Origin: Octopus vulgaris
Lineage: Eukaryota
Reading direction: 5' to 3'
DNA: 64,000 nucleotides
NCBI GenBank assembly: GCA_951406725.2
Contig: OX597824.1
Location: 56,978,001 to 57,042,000, forward strand
Of the stretch, positions 1 to 13,074 are shown piece by piece. The notes under the pieces were generated by a model that was given only the letters and a program-made list of their open reading frames with translations, was not told where the DNA came from and made no database searches. Both the position numbers and the translations under genes were made by a program. The stretch's first letter is position 1; each line of letters starts with the position of its first letter.

Positions 1-835
1 GAATCGTTCCGCCATTGATGTTTTGGCGCGCGCCGGACACACTGCCAATAAAATTGTTAAGTTGAAGGAACGTCCAAAATCAACAGTTTATCGTGTGTAT
101 AAACAATTTAGAGAGGAGGGAAAGATTGATAGAAAAAGCACAAGACTCGAAGTGATTCCAAGCGCCATCCAAAGTTTCTCGCTGGCCTCAAACGTTCGAT
201 TGAAGCCAACTCATCCACATCCATGATAACTCTTGCAAAGAAACGCAATATGTCTTTTCCATGGTGTCCAGAGTTGTGAACAGGAACCTTGGCATAACCA
301 GCTATGCTCGACGACGCCGTTACCTCCTAACAGAGAAGGCCAAAGCAATCAGAGCCGAGAGATGCCCAAATCTCAAGCATCAAGGCGCAGGCAAAACTCT
401 CGCGTTTGTGGTCGAGAAGTTCATTGTGGACGCTGAGGTAATTTGCAGACATTCTCGAGAGATTGCATACATCTCTTCTGACGTTTCCCACTGTGTTTGA
501 CAGTAAGAATCCTGCCTCTGTGATGGTATTTGGAACCGTGGAGAGTCATGGAAGTGCTATGAGTCTGGCTTGAAGATAGGCACAAAGAAGTATCTGGATA
601 TCCTGAAGAACTCTCTGTTACCTTGGATGGAGCAGACGTTTTTACTTGACAATGTTGTGCTTATTCAGGATTCTGCGCCATGCCATGGGTCAAAAGCAAC
701 ACAAACCTTCCTTGATTAGAAGGTATACTTTTTTGTGAGGGTCTACATTTGGCCCAAACCAGATCTCAACCTTCTCGATTACATTTTATGGATGTACTTC
801 GAGCAAGGACCACCGCTTCACCACACTCGAGTGTC
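1..835 (+). mobile_element. Degenerate Tc1/mariner transposase (maT/DD37D-like), 5' end outside the window
   Basis: Frameshifted pieces: HTH-like RAGHTANKIVKLKERPKSTVYRVYKQF (23-130), IQDSAPCHGSKATQTFL (~660-715), IWPKPDLNLLDYILW (PDLNPLDY-type motif). Confidence 0.8.
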
Positions 836-937
836 CATTAAAATATTAATATTTCTATTTTTGAAAGCCAGTGGAATATATATAAATAAACCTTCGAACA
901 GACAGTCAACAGCGACGCCTGCTGGGTTTGGCTACTT

Positions 938-976
938 CACATTGAGAAGGGGGAAATACCCCGAAATTAGTCTGTG
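938..976 (+). ncRNA. Minimal type I hammerhead ribozyme candidate with U3-A8 core variant
   Basis: CACA-UUGAGAA-GGGGG AAAUA CCCC-GAAA-UUAG-UC-UGUG: stem I CACA/UGUG, stem II GGGG/CCCC, GUC triplet. Flanked by 13-bp inverted repeat 889-901/1013-1025. Confidence 0.55.
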
Positions 977-1091
977 GGTGTTGAACCAGCAAGGGGAAGC
1001 TGCTGACCTCCCCTGTTCGAAGGTTGTAATGGACACAGGTTTGTGTATCACATATCTAGCTATCAGAGGCAGCATTCGTCCTATTTTCCTG

Positions 1092-1162
1092 GATAACTAT
1101 TAATATCTAGTATTACGATAACTATTAATATCTAGTATTACGATAACTATTAATATCTAGTA
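1092..1162. repeat. 25-bp tandem repeat, about 3 copies
   Basis: GATAACTATTAATATCTAGTATTAC repeated. Confidence 0.9.
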
Positions 1163-1342
1163 CTGCTGTCGTAGTCTCCTTCAGAGAAATTTAGAAATAT
1201 ATATATATTATATATAGAGATATAACATAACTATAATTATATATTATTTATATAATAATACATGTTACATTTAAAGCGACTAAACCCAAACAATTGACTG
1301 AAAAATATACGTACATACATATATATATATGTTTATATATAT

Positions 1343-1379
<37 letters not shown>

Positions 1380-1380
1380 A

Positions 1381-1600
1381 TAATAAATATTAGGGAATAA
1401 ATCCAAATTTACAGGGAAAAAATCAGATTTAGGATTAAATCCAATTTTATAGTAAAATATTATAAAATATTATTAGAGACAAAACCACTATTTTGCAAAA
1501 CAAACAAGGAAAGACTTAATCAATACATAAAATTTTAATAAATAGTATTGATTAAGTCTTTCCTTGTTTGTTTTGCAAAATAGTGGTTTTGTCTCTAATA

Positions 1601-1662
<62 letters not shown>

Positions 1663-2028
1663 TATAATATTAATTCGAGACAAAACCACTATTTTGCAAA
1701 ACAAACAAGGAAAGACTTAATCAATACATAAAAATTTTAATATAAAGTAAATAAACCGCCACTACAATTGTTTCATGTCTTCAAATGACATTCGTCAGGT
1801 GGATTTCCGATCTTCTAATCAGTTTGAAGACATGAAACAATTGTAGTGGCGGTTTATTTACTTTATATTAAAATTTTTATGTATTGATTAAGTCTTTCCT
1901 TGTTTGTTTTGCAAAATAGTGGTTTTGTCTCGAATTAATATTATATAATATTTTACTATAAAATTGGATTTAATCCTACATCTGATTTTTTCCCTGTAAA
2001 TTTGGATTTATTCCCTAATATTTATTAT
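1381..2028. mobile_element. Nested fold-back PLE-terminus module (four partial copies of one terminus) in (TA)n
   Basis: Inverted arms 1461-1526/1545-1610 and 1661-1785/1823-1947; 1948-2028 is the reverse complement of 1381-1462. An HHR lies at the second turn. Confidence 0.8.
1759..1802 (-). ncRNA. Minimal type I hammerhead ribozyme, intact core
   Basis: Minus strand CCAC-CUGACGA-AUGUC AUUUGAA GACAU-GAAA-CAAUUG-UA-GUGG: stems I and II perfect, palindromic stem III, GUA triplet. Confidence 0.85.
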
Positions 2029-2072
2029 ATATATATATATATATACGTACATACATACGTACATACATATAA

Positions 2073-2135
<63 letters not shown>

Positions 2136-2170
2136 GATAGATAGATAAGATATATGTATGGAAATTCAAC

Positions 2171-2480
2171 AGAGATGGGAGTCATGTCGGATATTTAACC
2201 ATAACTTGTTTTGGTTAAATATCCCACATGGATCCCATCTCTTTCTCACACGAATACCAATTTTTCTGCTATATTTCTTTTTTTTTTTTTTAGTTTCCTT
2301 GTGTTATGGTTTCTTTCCTTCCTTCAGTGAAGAGTACGTTCATATTTAATTAATTTAAATTAATTCAATCATGAATTTATATTATCATTATATCTATGCT
2401 CGAAACGATCGTCTGCAAGAATTAAACTTCTTATAAATTTTAACAACTTGTCTCCTCCATTTTTAATAAAATTCACCATG

Positions 2481-2483
<3 letters not shown>
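2171..2483 (+). mobile_element. PLE-terminus-like module: hairpin plus degenerate HHR-like motif
   Basis: About 31-bp stem 2171-2201/2212-2242; GUGAAGA...CUC-GAAA-CGAUCG-UC at 2327-2413 (palindromic stem III); ends in (TA)n. Confidence 0.45.
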
Positions 2484-2538
<55 letters not shown>

Positions 2539-2783
2539 CATATAATACATTATATATATATAATACAGAAGGTGGGGTGGAGAAACGGCAAAAGTAATTT
2601 AGTCGATGAAATAGACAAGGATTGACTACAGCACTACCAGCTGTCCGCTGTAGATACTTCGTGTCTTATTAAAAGCAACATAATTACACACAAATATACA
2701 TATAAGATAGATAAATAGGCAACAGATAGAGAATTAGACGAACAGTATTGCTTGTATGAGTACAGATCTATCTATCTGACGAA

Positions 2784-3188
2784 GCCACCTTGACTATGAT
2801 TCTATGAACCGTAAAAATTAATACAGAGAGTTGCTTATTTGCAAAAAAAAAAAAAGAAATATAACATGTGACTTCATTGACCGAGGTTACAGTGGTCTTT
2901 TCCGTAGGCTTTTCTTTCCACGGGTAAACCTCACCTGTTCTCCCCTTTACACTTCATATTGACATTTCTGTGATAACGATCCCTATTGATCAATTTTTTT
3001 GCTCTCCCCCCACCTTTTTTTTTTTTTTTTTATTAACCCCTCCCTTTTTTTAGTCCTCTTTCTTTCCTTTTACGATCCCTTTTGATCGAAAACCACCACT
3101 CCCTTTTTTTTACCCCCAAAAGAAAAGCTCTACCTTGTAATTTGTTCTATCTGTGTGCAGCCCTGTGTGGCTAATAAAGAAACATATC
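2784..3188 (+). mobile_element. 3' end/UTR of a non-LTR retrotransposon (L1/Tx1-like?), copy 1
   Basis: About 400 bp nearly identical to 47449-47858; ends ...GTGGCTAATAAAGAAACATATCT. Confidence 0.6.
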
Positions 3189-3515
3189 TTTCGAACTCTC
3201 TACCAATTCATCTATATATCTTTATAGATATCTTTCAAGCTGGATCTATCTCCCTGCCTGTCTGTTCGTATTCTGGCCGTCTTCTGTCTGTGTTCGTCTG
3301 TCTGCCTATCTGTCTGTCAGTCTGTCTATCTGTCTGTCTGCCTGTCTGTCTCTCTCAGTTTCTCTGTCTCTGTGTCTGTCTATGTTTACCTGTGTGTGTC
3401 TGTTTGTCTGTCTGTCTGTGTCTCTCACCCTCTTCTCTCTAACTATGAATCTATTCATTTATACTCCTTTCTAAATATCTAGTTTGCTAGCTCTATCTCT
3501 CTGCCTGCCGATCAT

Positions 3516-3613
<98 letters not shown>

Positions 3614-3701
3614 CATATATATATACCTTTCTGAATATCTATCTAGCTAGCACTATCTCTCTGCCTGCTTGGCTGTCTGCCTGTTTGTCTGTGTGACTCT
3701 G

Positions 3702-3804
<103 letters not shown>

Positions 3805-3914
3805 GCATTTGAGTGTGTGTGTATGAGTGTGTATTATCGGATACCCTTATTAGCTTAAAGCAAAAAAGACATACTTTGCTAACACAAACACCACAAATAT
3901 TCTAAATTCTGTGT

Positions 3915-3947
<33 letters not shown>

Positions 3948-4223
3948 ACACACACACACACAAATACACACATACACACAGACAGACACATGCACGCACG
4001 CACGTACAGACACACACTTTCATATATCTACATAAACTGTTATACATATATATGCACATATACATAAACATACTCACATGCATGCATATATATATACCCA
4101 TACACATATATGGGATGAAAAGAAATGCGATCTTCACAAACAATCTCTGTTGTTTTCATTTCATTTATTCTTTGCGCGGATGGGAAAAGATGACATGGTG
4201 CTGGAGCTTATTCCAGACTCATA

Positions 4224-4455
4224 GGCGGCGAGCTGGCAGAAACGATAGCACGCCAGGCGAAATGCTTAGCTGTATTTCGTCTGCCGCTACGTTCTGCGTT
4301 CAAATTCCGCCGAGGTCGACTTTGCCTTTCATCCTTTCGTGGTCGATTAAACAAGTACCAGTTATGCACTGGGGTCGATGTAATCGACTGAATCTCTTTG
4401 TCTGTCCTTCATTGTCCACTCTATGTTCAGCCCCTTGTGGGCAATAAAGACATAA
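4224..4455 (+). mobile_element. tRNA-derived SINE family A, full length, with TSD
   Basis: GGCGGCGAGCTGGCAGAA head, GTTCAAATTCC B-box; 13-bp TSD TT(C/T)CAGACTCATA at 4211-4223 and 4456-4468; many copies in the window. Confidence 0.85.
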
Positions 4456-4560
4456 TTTCAGACTCATAGGTACACACATTGGTAACATATTGACACAAAC
4501 ACTTGTCTACAAATATGCACACAGCTTCTTAAAATTCATTCCACTCGCATTCACAGAGAT

Positions 4561-4628
<68 letters not shown>

Positions 4629-4873
4629 GTATGTATGTATGTATGTATGTATGTATGTATGTATGTATGTATGTATGTATGTATGTATGTATGTATGTAT
4701 GTATGTATGTATGTATGTATGTATGTATGTATGTATGTATGTATGTATGTATGTATGTATGTATGTATGTATGTATGTATGTATGTATGTATGTATGTAT
4801 GTATGTATGTATGTATGTATGTATGTATGTATGTATGTATGTATGTATGTATGTATGTATGTATGTATGTATG
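4561..4873. repeat. (AGTA)n followed by a long perfect (ATGT)n microsatellite
   Basis: Direct reading of the sequence. Confidence 0.95.
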
Positions 4874-5424
4874 TCAGGTCACTTTCGAGTGCTACTGGTA
4901 ACATGTAACGCAGTACAACCTGTTGCATGGTAGGGTCGTTGTCAACTAAACCGGCAACCACACCAAGCTTGCTCGGTGAGGAGGGTGTTTATTGGACACC
5001 CTGCGGGATGAAAAACAAAACCCGTCAAAGGGCGGAAGAACTCTTGAGAGTCAACGGCCATCCAATAACTGTCTTAAGGCTGTATCATGCGCGGGAACAT
5101 AGAAATAATCGGACTGAATATCCGATCGCGCGGTTAAACCATTGGGAGTGAAGGACTCCTCGCCTTTGTTAGGACATCCTTCTAGGAGAAGGTAACTCAG
5201 GTAACTGGGATAACTTCGATATAAAACCTGCGGCTCAGTGGTTACCGATGATGTTGACTTGTTCTTCTTTTCGGATTATGGCTGATGTTGCTTAGTGAGT
5301 GGGATTGACTCAGTGCACAGCCTTTACTCACTTAAAAAAAATCTTCTTGCACAGGCATTGTACGATAACAACATTGATTAAGCTTCGCGCAATGGCCATA
5401 CTCGATAACGAGGGGGCAGCGACC
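4874..5424 (+). mobile_element. Probable RTE-related non-autonomous retroelement between (ATGT)n tracts
   Basis: GC-richer 550-bp island containing TTAGGACATCCTTCTAGGAGAAGGTAACTC, resembling RTE 5'UTR motifs; 3' end runs into (ATGT)n. Confidence 0.4.
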
Positions 5425-5564
5425 ATGTATGTATGTATGTATGTATGTATGTATGTATGTATGTATGTATGTATGTATGTATGTATGTATGTATGTGTGT
5501 ATGTACGTACATCTCTCTCTATATTCGTTTGCGTGCGTGTTTATGTTTATTGCGCGCTCTGTCT

Positions 5565-5630
5565 GAAAAAAATGGAAAACAGGACAAATAAACACAGAGA
5601 CGTTGGTGACGTCCTGTACCCATATATGCA

Positions 5631-5673
<43 letters not shown>

Positions 5674-6347
5674 GTATATGTATATATAATTTATTATTTA
5701 ATTGAACGCGACGCATTATTTCGAAGTTTTTCTTCACCTTTTTGATGCGACTAACTACTCTATGCTGTTTTCTTCCTCCATCCTTCTCTTATTCCCTTTT
5801 TCTCCCCCTCCTCCTGCACAGTTTTCTAAGTCTTTCTCCCTTCCCTCTTTCTCTTTCTCTCTCATTGCTCACACATGATCATCGTCCATCTTTTTTTCCT
5901 CACGTGACTATCTTTTCCTGCACGGATGTTCAAATGAGCGGACGTGTATTTTTCTCCCTTCTATCCTTTCTCTTTTCACAAAAAAAAGAAAGATGTTCCT
6001 CCCAACGTTCACTATTTTCCTCTCGTTCCAGTCTAACGACCCTCCATGTTTATTTTCGTTCGTTTTCCTTGTATGTCTCCGCTGTTATGTTTTTGTTCCC
6101 AACTTTGACCCTCCATAAATCCTAAATTTTATTTTAGAATTTATGGGAGTAACTGTCTTAGAAGACTCATGCTGTCGTTGAATGCTCGAAATGAGGAGTA
6201 GATAGACAGCCGACAACTGATGAAGGTTCCTTTCTTTGTGTTTACTTCTCCTGTTTTCCATTTTTCTCGTTGTTCACGTACTTACCTCGTTTGTTTGCGT
6301 ATTTCATGCAATTTGCACCGTTGGTGACGTCCTGTATCTATATATGC
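5565..6347. mobile_element. Rearranged PLE-like terminus
   Basis: 5565-5600 is roughly the reverse complement of 6231-6268; 5601-5629 is a direct copy of 6319-6347; degenerate HHR-like motif at 6153-6205 (stem I CUGUC/GAUAG, GAAA). Confidence 0.45.
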
Positions 6348-6357
6348 GTGTGTATTT

Positions 6358-6441
<84 letters not shown>

Positions 6442-6569
6442 TAGAGATTATGTTAACAGCATGAAGAGATGGTTTCATTCCCTAGAATAGTGGTTTAATA
6501 CCTAGTATTTTGGGGGAATTAATTTCCTTAAAATAATAGGTATATACATAACAACATTAGTTTATATTC

Positions 6570-7380
6570 ATATAAAAGAAGGAAAATGGAGAATGGGAAG
6601 ATAATAATTGTTTATTAACAGCAAATTAATCATCTTCTACAATTGTTTCGATTAATATTCAGTAAATATTAAATAAATATTAAATTTATGTTTATATGCC
6701 CTGAGCATAATATCTTCAGAGGGGAAAAATATACTCTTGGATGTTTTATTATATGGGTTCATGGATTCATTATAGCAGACTGAATGATACGGTTTATGAT
6801 TTGCATTGTTATATGTTCGGGCGAGGGATTTGCAGGTTGATTAGAGATAAGATAGTGTTGGTAAATAGAATTAGAACAATAAATGAATAAATTAAATAGA
6901 GATGATAAGGGAAATGTAAATATAAACAAGAACATGTATGTATGTATGTATGTATGTATGTATGTATGTATGTATATATATATATATATCCGTATGTGTG
7001 TATATGTATGTATATAAGTGCGCGTGTGTGTGTCTGTGAGTATGCGTACGTACGTGTGTGTCTGTTTAGGCGTAAGTATGTGCCTCTATATGTGTGTTTA
7101 TGCATGTATAGGTGTATGTGTGCGTATACACCTTTGATACACCTTAAATTTACGTGCGTTTGTACACATGCGTATTTAAATGTTAGGTACTTTCATATGC
7201 ACATTCACACACCAAAAGCTTACAAAACCGTTCAAAACAAATATATTTTCCTTGAATCGCCAAAGAGTAAACAAAATAATTCAAAATTTCATTAACCAAT
7301 CGGAATGAATTTACCAACACAGACCAAATTTTGCTTCTTCTTAGCGGCGATAGATAAAAAGAGTAAACATGTATTTGCGC

Positions 7381-7436
<56 letters not shown>

Positions 7437-8668
7437 GTAATATAATATGTGACAGTTATACGGTTGCCATAATAAAACTCCGAGTTTCGGATGTCGGAGC
7501 GGAAATCTACTCCGGCATCTTGTCAGTTATGAAGGCAATCAAAATTATTATGTAACTGACCGTTATTAAGACAAAGGAGCAATTAGAATAGCCGTTAAAT
7601 AAGGGTAAAAACCGAAGGGGAAAAGTAAAAAAGTAAAAATGCTCATAGAAATCGCGTACGCGGGCATGTATATACCTAAACATGCGCGCACGTACACCCA
7701 CGTACATGCACCTGTATGCATGTGCTCACTGAAACTCGCATGAAACACATACATGCGCACATGCGTCTATATATGCACACTTTTAGTGCTTTATATATTT
7801 TTACATATTTTTTCTGTATTTTACCTTTCAGCCTGCATTTTTCTTGTACATGTGCGTATATAGACATGTATATGAACATTATTGTGCACGTATGGGTATA
7901 TATACGTGTGCATGTGTACAGATATGTATATATGTGCATGTATATGTATATGTGTATGGTTCCATATATATGTGGTGTACATGCACGTGTTTCACGCGAG
8001 TGTGAGTGAGCATATGCATATATAGCATGTGCGTATTTTAGACGTGCATTTGAATATAACTGTGCACGTTTGGTTGTGTGCACGTGTGTGAGTGTGCGCG
8101 CGTGTGCGCGGCTATATATATATATATATATATATATGCATATGTATGGTTGCATATATATGTGCGTATGTGTGGGTGTGTATACGTGCGTATATATGTG
8201 CGTATGTGTGGGTGTGTATATATTTCGCTATACATACATACATACATACATATATGCGTACTTGCATATATACAAATTTGCATAACTTAATTATACCTTT
8301 AACTATAAACTTACCTTACTTATATTTAAATTTCCTCTATCATCTCTATTTAATCCATTTATTGTTCTAATTCTCTTTAGCAACACCATCTTATCTCTAA
8401 TCAGCCTGTAAACTCCTCGCCCGAAGATATAACAATACAAATCATAAACGGTATCATTCAGTCTGCTATAATGAATCCATGAACACATATAAAACTTCCA
8501 AGGGTGTATTTTTTCCCTCGATAGATATGCTGAAGTCATATAAATATAAATTTAACAAGTACTTAATATTTATTGAGCGTTAATTGAAAAATCTGTAAGA
8601 GAAGATGATTAATTTGCTGTTAATAATAAACAATTATTAACCTCGCAATCTCCATTTCCCCATTTCTT

Positions 8669-8675
<7 letters not shown>
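6570..8675. repeat. Diverged inverted pair of a PLE-terminus-like repeat
   Basis: 6570-6930 versus 8316-8675 reverse complement (shared GGATTCATTATAGCAGACTGAATGATAC). The left copy has minus-strand CUGAAGA...GAAA-CAAUUG-UA at 6634-6724. Confidence 0.75.
7435..7660 (-). mobile_element. PLE terminus with HHR-like motif (same family as 40419-40710)
   Basis: Minus 7472-7530: AUAA-CUGACAA-long stem II-GAAA-CUCGGAG-UU-UUAU; abuts (TA)n. Confidence 0.6.
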
Positions 8676-8718
<43 letters not shown>

Positions 8719-9010
8719 AGCAAAACATATACGTTATGTATATGCGTTCGACAATATTTGCAACACACGCGCTACTTCTAATTGATATTTGAATTTATTC
8801 CTGCTTATGCATCGTGTGGGCATACCATTTTACATAAAGCCATGGACAAGCTGCACAATTTGCTTCTGGTTCGGTTCAAGTACGAACCAAAGGTGGAACA
8901 TTGATATCTATTGCTCCTGAATCGCAGCCGACCATTGAACAAACAAACACACATTTTGTATAGTGCTTACGTTTACCACACTCGTTTGTGTGTGTGTGTG
9001 AGTATATATA

Positions 9011-9561
9011 TAAAGTAAAGATTGTTTGCCAACATAATATGGCTGTCCTGGATAGGACAGATGCTACTGTTGTTTAGCCCCAGGAAACATCGTTTCTAGC
9101 TGGTTATACGTTACAATATCTCTGATTCCTTATATTTTCGAACAGGAAGTCCAGCAACCCCATCCAGCACGAAGCAACATTTGTGGACCACTTTCTGGGT
9201 TATTGCGCTTTACCAGCACAGAATAGCTGCTTGGCTAGGTGGCGTCGCTGAATTCCCGTTCGAAAATATATCATTTTCAAAATGACACACAATAACTGAT
9301 CTAATAAATGGAAACATTATAATTTCTAAATCTCTCAATGAGAGATATATAGTAACATTTCTTTAAAGTAATATATAATTTTCAAATATAAGGACATAGA
9401 TATTGTGTCGTATAGCCAGCTGGAAACAATGTTTCCTGGGGCTAAACAACAGTAACAATCAGCCTATCCAGGACAGGCATATTATGCTGGCAAATAATCA
9501 TTACTTTAAAGAGCTGTTACTGAATATCTTTCTTTGAGAGATATAGAGATAATAATGTTTA
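9011..9561. repeat. Mosaic inverted-repeat element (MITE-like or fold-back)
   Basis: Arms 9011-9138/9384-9509, plus 9131-9148/9253-9270 and 9312-9357/9515-9561. Confidence 0.7.
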
Positions 9562-9577
9562 TATATATATATATATC

Positions 9578-9752
9578 CCTAGCCACTACACATTCTTTAT
9601 TTTCTCTCCTTGTTTCTTTCTATGTTCCTTTCTGTGGAAGAGCGTAGGCTCGAAACGTTAAAGACTTTTTCACTTCCCGAGCATTATACTAATACATCTG
9701 TTTGTTGTCTACACCACCTGTCTTTGTCTTTTGTTTTTTGTGAATTCTCCCT
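9578..9752 (+). mobile_element. PLE terminal fragment with HHR-like motif
   Basis: CTGTGGAAGAGCGTAGGCTCGAAACGTTAAAGAC; homologous to minus-strand 18430-18660; flanked by (TA)n. Confidence 0.6.
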
Positions 9753-11479
9753 ATATATATATATACATGCACATATACACACATACACTCTCTTGTTTTC
9801 TGCAATAGTGTATCTAAGATCGCATAATTCAGTTTGTTCTTCCTATTATTTTTATTTTTTATTAATGAAGACGGGAAATTGTAATTTGAAACGAATTTAT
9901 CTGCTATGTCCAGCAAAGTGAGTAATCTCTCTCATTGTCTTGCATATATTTCCTTCCTACCTTCCTTCTTTCATTCCTTCATTTATTCATTTAGTTTAAT
10001 TTCGGGTATACAATAAACAGAGGGACTATTTCACAAATGTTGTGCTAATGGTGATATACATATTTCAAATAAGACATCTTGGTAGAATACATACATGAAG
10101 TATTAAGTGAAAGAGGTTTGATGCAGCATTATTTGACGTGATAAAGAATTTTAATAAGACCAAATTTACTAGGAACCTCGTGGCTACAGGAAACGCAGGA
10201 ATTCTTGAAAGACAATTCAATCAAATATCAATGGTTCTGTCACGTGAGTATTGGGGTTTGTCTGCATTTTGACACTGACTTCGTTGATTCTTCTTCTTCT
10301 TGTTCTTCTTGTTCTTCTTCTTGTTCTTCTTGTTCTTCTTCTCTTTCTTCTTCCACCTCTCCCCCGCACACACATACACATACATATGTATACATTCTTC
10401 TTGTTAACATCTTCATAAATTCTTTTCCCTCATTCCTCGCCTTTCTCTCTCTCACTTCATTACGTTTCTTCCTTATTTTTTTCTCTCTCTCTATCAACCT
10501 ATTTATTATTTCCTTCCCACCTTCCTTCTTTATATTCCTTCATTTATTCATTCAGTTATTTATTTATTATTTATTTATTAAAGTGTAGATGGTATCATTA
10601 CACAACTGACACTACTAACGAATGAAGACAATGACGACACGGGCCATGATGTTGATGATGGTGGTAATGATGATGTCGATAAGGACAACGACGACGAAAG
10701 CGATGATAATTATGGTGATGACAAAAATGTCTTCATGCTTGAAGGCAACACTACAGCATGGCATTGGCTCTAAACAAACTAAGTTATTTAAAATCATTCT
10801 CATTCGAACCAACAAGAGAGCTTCTACGTTGTAGCTCAATCTGCTAGAAATAGCAGCCAAATCTTCCCCCAAATCGCATCTGTAATATATGTTGGATAAT
10901 TTAATCCGAATTACAGTATGCCCATAAATGACGTGATGATTACGGGTAGACTGATTATCTCAACCATACTATATAGTGTAATTGCCTTGTCTCTAATCAT
11001 ATTTTCTCCAGTCGTCGTTAGTTGATATTTCTGAGTGAATGATAAAGATATAGCACTCAATTTGGTTGTGAACTGAATTAGTGATGAAGCCTCGAAGATC
11101 TGGTGCACAACTAAAATTTTATGTTACGAATTACTTTGACGGGCCGAGTCAGTTGGTACTTTACGAAAAATAAAGGAAATCTCGAACGCAGAATAGCAGT
11201 GGAAACAGCTTATAAGATCGCCTAATATCCTTAGAAAACGGAAAAGTGGTTAGCAAGCTGCTACAGAGAATCGTACCCCTTGCTCCTCAAACACCGGTTA
11301 ACTGCTCTGTACTACAAAGCTAAGCGAGCTATTAAAACAGATACTATATTTTTATAACGCTAAATATGTTAAAATAACAAAGGTATTTTCATTTGTTAAA
11401 ATCCTCACTTTTTTCATCACTTAAAGCCACACAATTGCTTATGTACGTCGTCTTTGACAACGTTTTCATCATAAAATTC

Positions 11480-11780
11480 ATCTCATACACCTCTTACATT
11501 TGAACACAATTATAGTATAGTTTTCTTTAACAATAGCCGTCAGTTCTGGGGTTACTTATCATTTTCTCTTTTCCCTGTAAAACGTTGACCGTTTGAAGGA
11601 GAACACCTTTCCCTGAATTAGGTCGACGCATATACCACAGTTAGGTCTTCCACATTTTTTTGCTGTCGGTTTTGATATTGTTGACAAGTGTACTTGGGCT
11701 TGTGTTAGAAGACTTTTCATTGATTTGGGTTGTCTTTTAATCTTTATGACGGTGAACGTTTTACGATGAAAAACAACTTC
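11480..11780 (-). mobile_element. PLE linker/GIY-YIG remnant
   Basis: KRQPKSMKSLLTQA...KKCGRPNCGICVDLIQG is the Cys-containing linker preceding the GIY-YIG of PLEs. Confidence 0.6.
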
Positions 11781-12496
11781 ACATGTGCTCCGGAAACCTA
11801 ATATATGCGTTAACTTGCTCAGGTTGTCGTGAGCAATACATTGGTCAAACAAAAGTAGTCTACATCAGAGGATGACCGTACATAGATTCTAGATAAAAAT
11901 ACGGGAATACAGAAAAATAGCATTTATTGAACGCATTGGCATTTGCGCAACTAATAGACAACCCAACTTTAGAATTTTCCCCTTCAATAAGTTCGGGGAC
12001 AATGCAACCTATAATCAGCGCATTAGCAAAGAATCATATTTTATCGCAAAAATATAAACCTCTTTTGAATGCCTCCACCACAGGTTACACTACTACAAGG
12101 ATCTTAGAATAATGCATATGCAAATATTAAAAACGATAGATATATTAAGAACAGCCGCTACCCATGAATTTATTTAGAATAATTCCTACCACCATTGCTA
12201 CAATCACAACAGGATACTTTTAGTTCACTTGACCATTAAAGATTCCAGGGACAGCTCTACTACTGGGTCATTCCACTTCCGTCTTGTTGTTGTTGTTGTT
12301 GTTGTTTTTCTTCTTCTTCTTCTTCTTCTTCTTCTTCTTCTTCTTCTTCTTCTTCTTCTTCTTCTTCTTTCTTCTTCTTCGCCGTCTCCTTCCTAGGCTG
12401 CTGCTTAAACCTTCAAACTTCAGAACCAAACATTTCTCTGCACCCATAAACATTACTTTTTCAGATCTGCTACTACCTACCCAGCCTTCACAAAGG

Positions 12497-12552
<56 letters not shown>

Positions 12553-12757
12553 TGACCTATTTGAAGACTGAAAATATTTACAAAGCATTTCATTAAATGT
12601 TTTCCTCAATTTAATACCCGCCTTTGTTTTACACTTAGTTGAAAAAGTTGAAATGACTGAAATCGGTACTACCTATTACTAAATGCATTTCGTGATAAAA
12701 TTATTTTAACAATTTCTACCTTGTCTTATTTTCCTTATACATACATACATACATACA

Positions 12758-12828
<71 letters not shown>

Positions 12829-12831
<3 letters not shown>

Positions 12832-13027
12832 GGTCCCGGGTTGAGTCGGGGTTAACCACAGTAAATACGGTACTCAATACATAGCAGAGTAAATTAATTT
12901 ATTTTATAGAAGGAGCTTCTACAGGACTAGAACTGTTTCATTCAAATGAAATCATCAGGAATCTAGGTGTGAAGATGATTTCATTTGAATGAAACAGTTC
13001 TAGTCCTGTAGAAGCTCCTTCTATAAA

Positions 13028-13033
<6 letters not shown>
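12829..13033. mobile_element. Fold-back PLE-terminus module in (TA)n
   Basis: 60-bp inverted arms 12897-12956/12974-13033; a piece of the terminus recurs at 24602-24638. Confidence 0.8.
12917..12961 (-). ncRNA. Type I hammerhead ribozyme, intact core
   Basis: Minus UUC-CUGAUGA-U UUC AUUU GAA U-GAAA-CAG UUCUAGUC CUG-UA-GAA; GUA triplet; short stem I and a U-U mismatch at the base of stem II. Confidence 0.65.

Positions 13034-13074
<41 letters not shown>

Noticed and set aside
1092-1162. Short direct repeats as a CRISPR array
   Set aside because: No spacers, eukaryotic context and no cas genes; it is a simple tandem repeat.
5140-5200. HDV-like ribozyme suggested by CTCCTCGC in the RTE-like element
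   Set aside because: Could not build P1/P2/P3 and J4/2 by eye.
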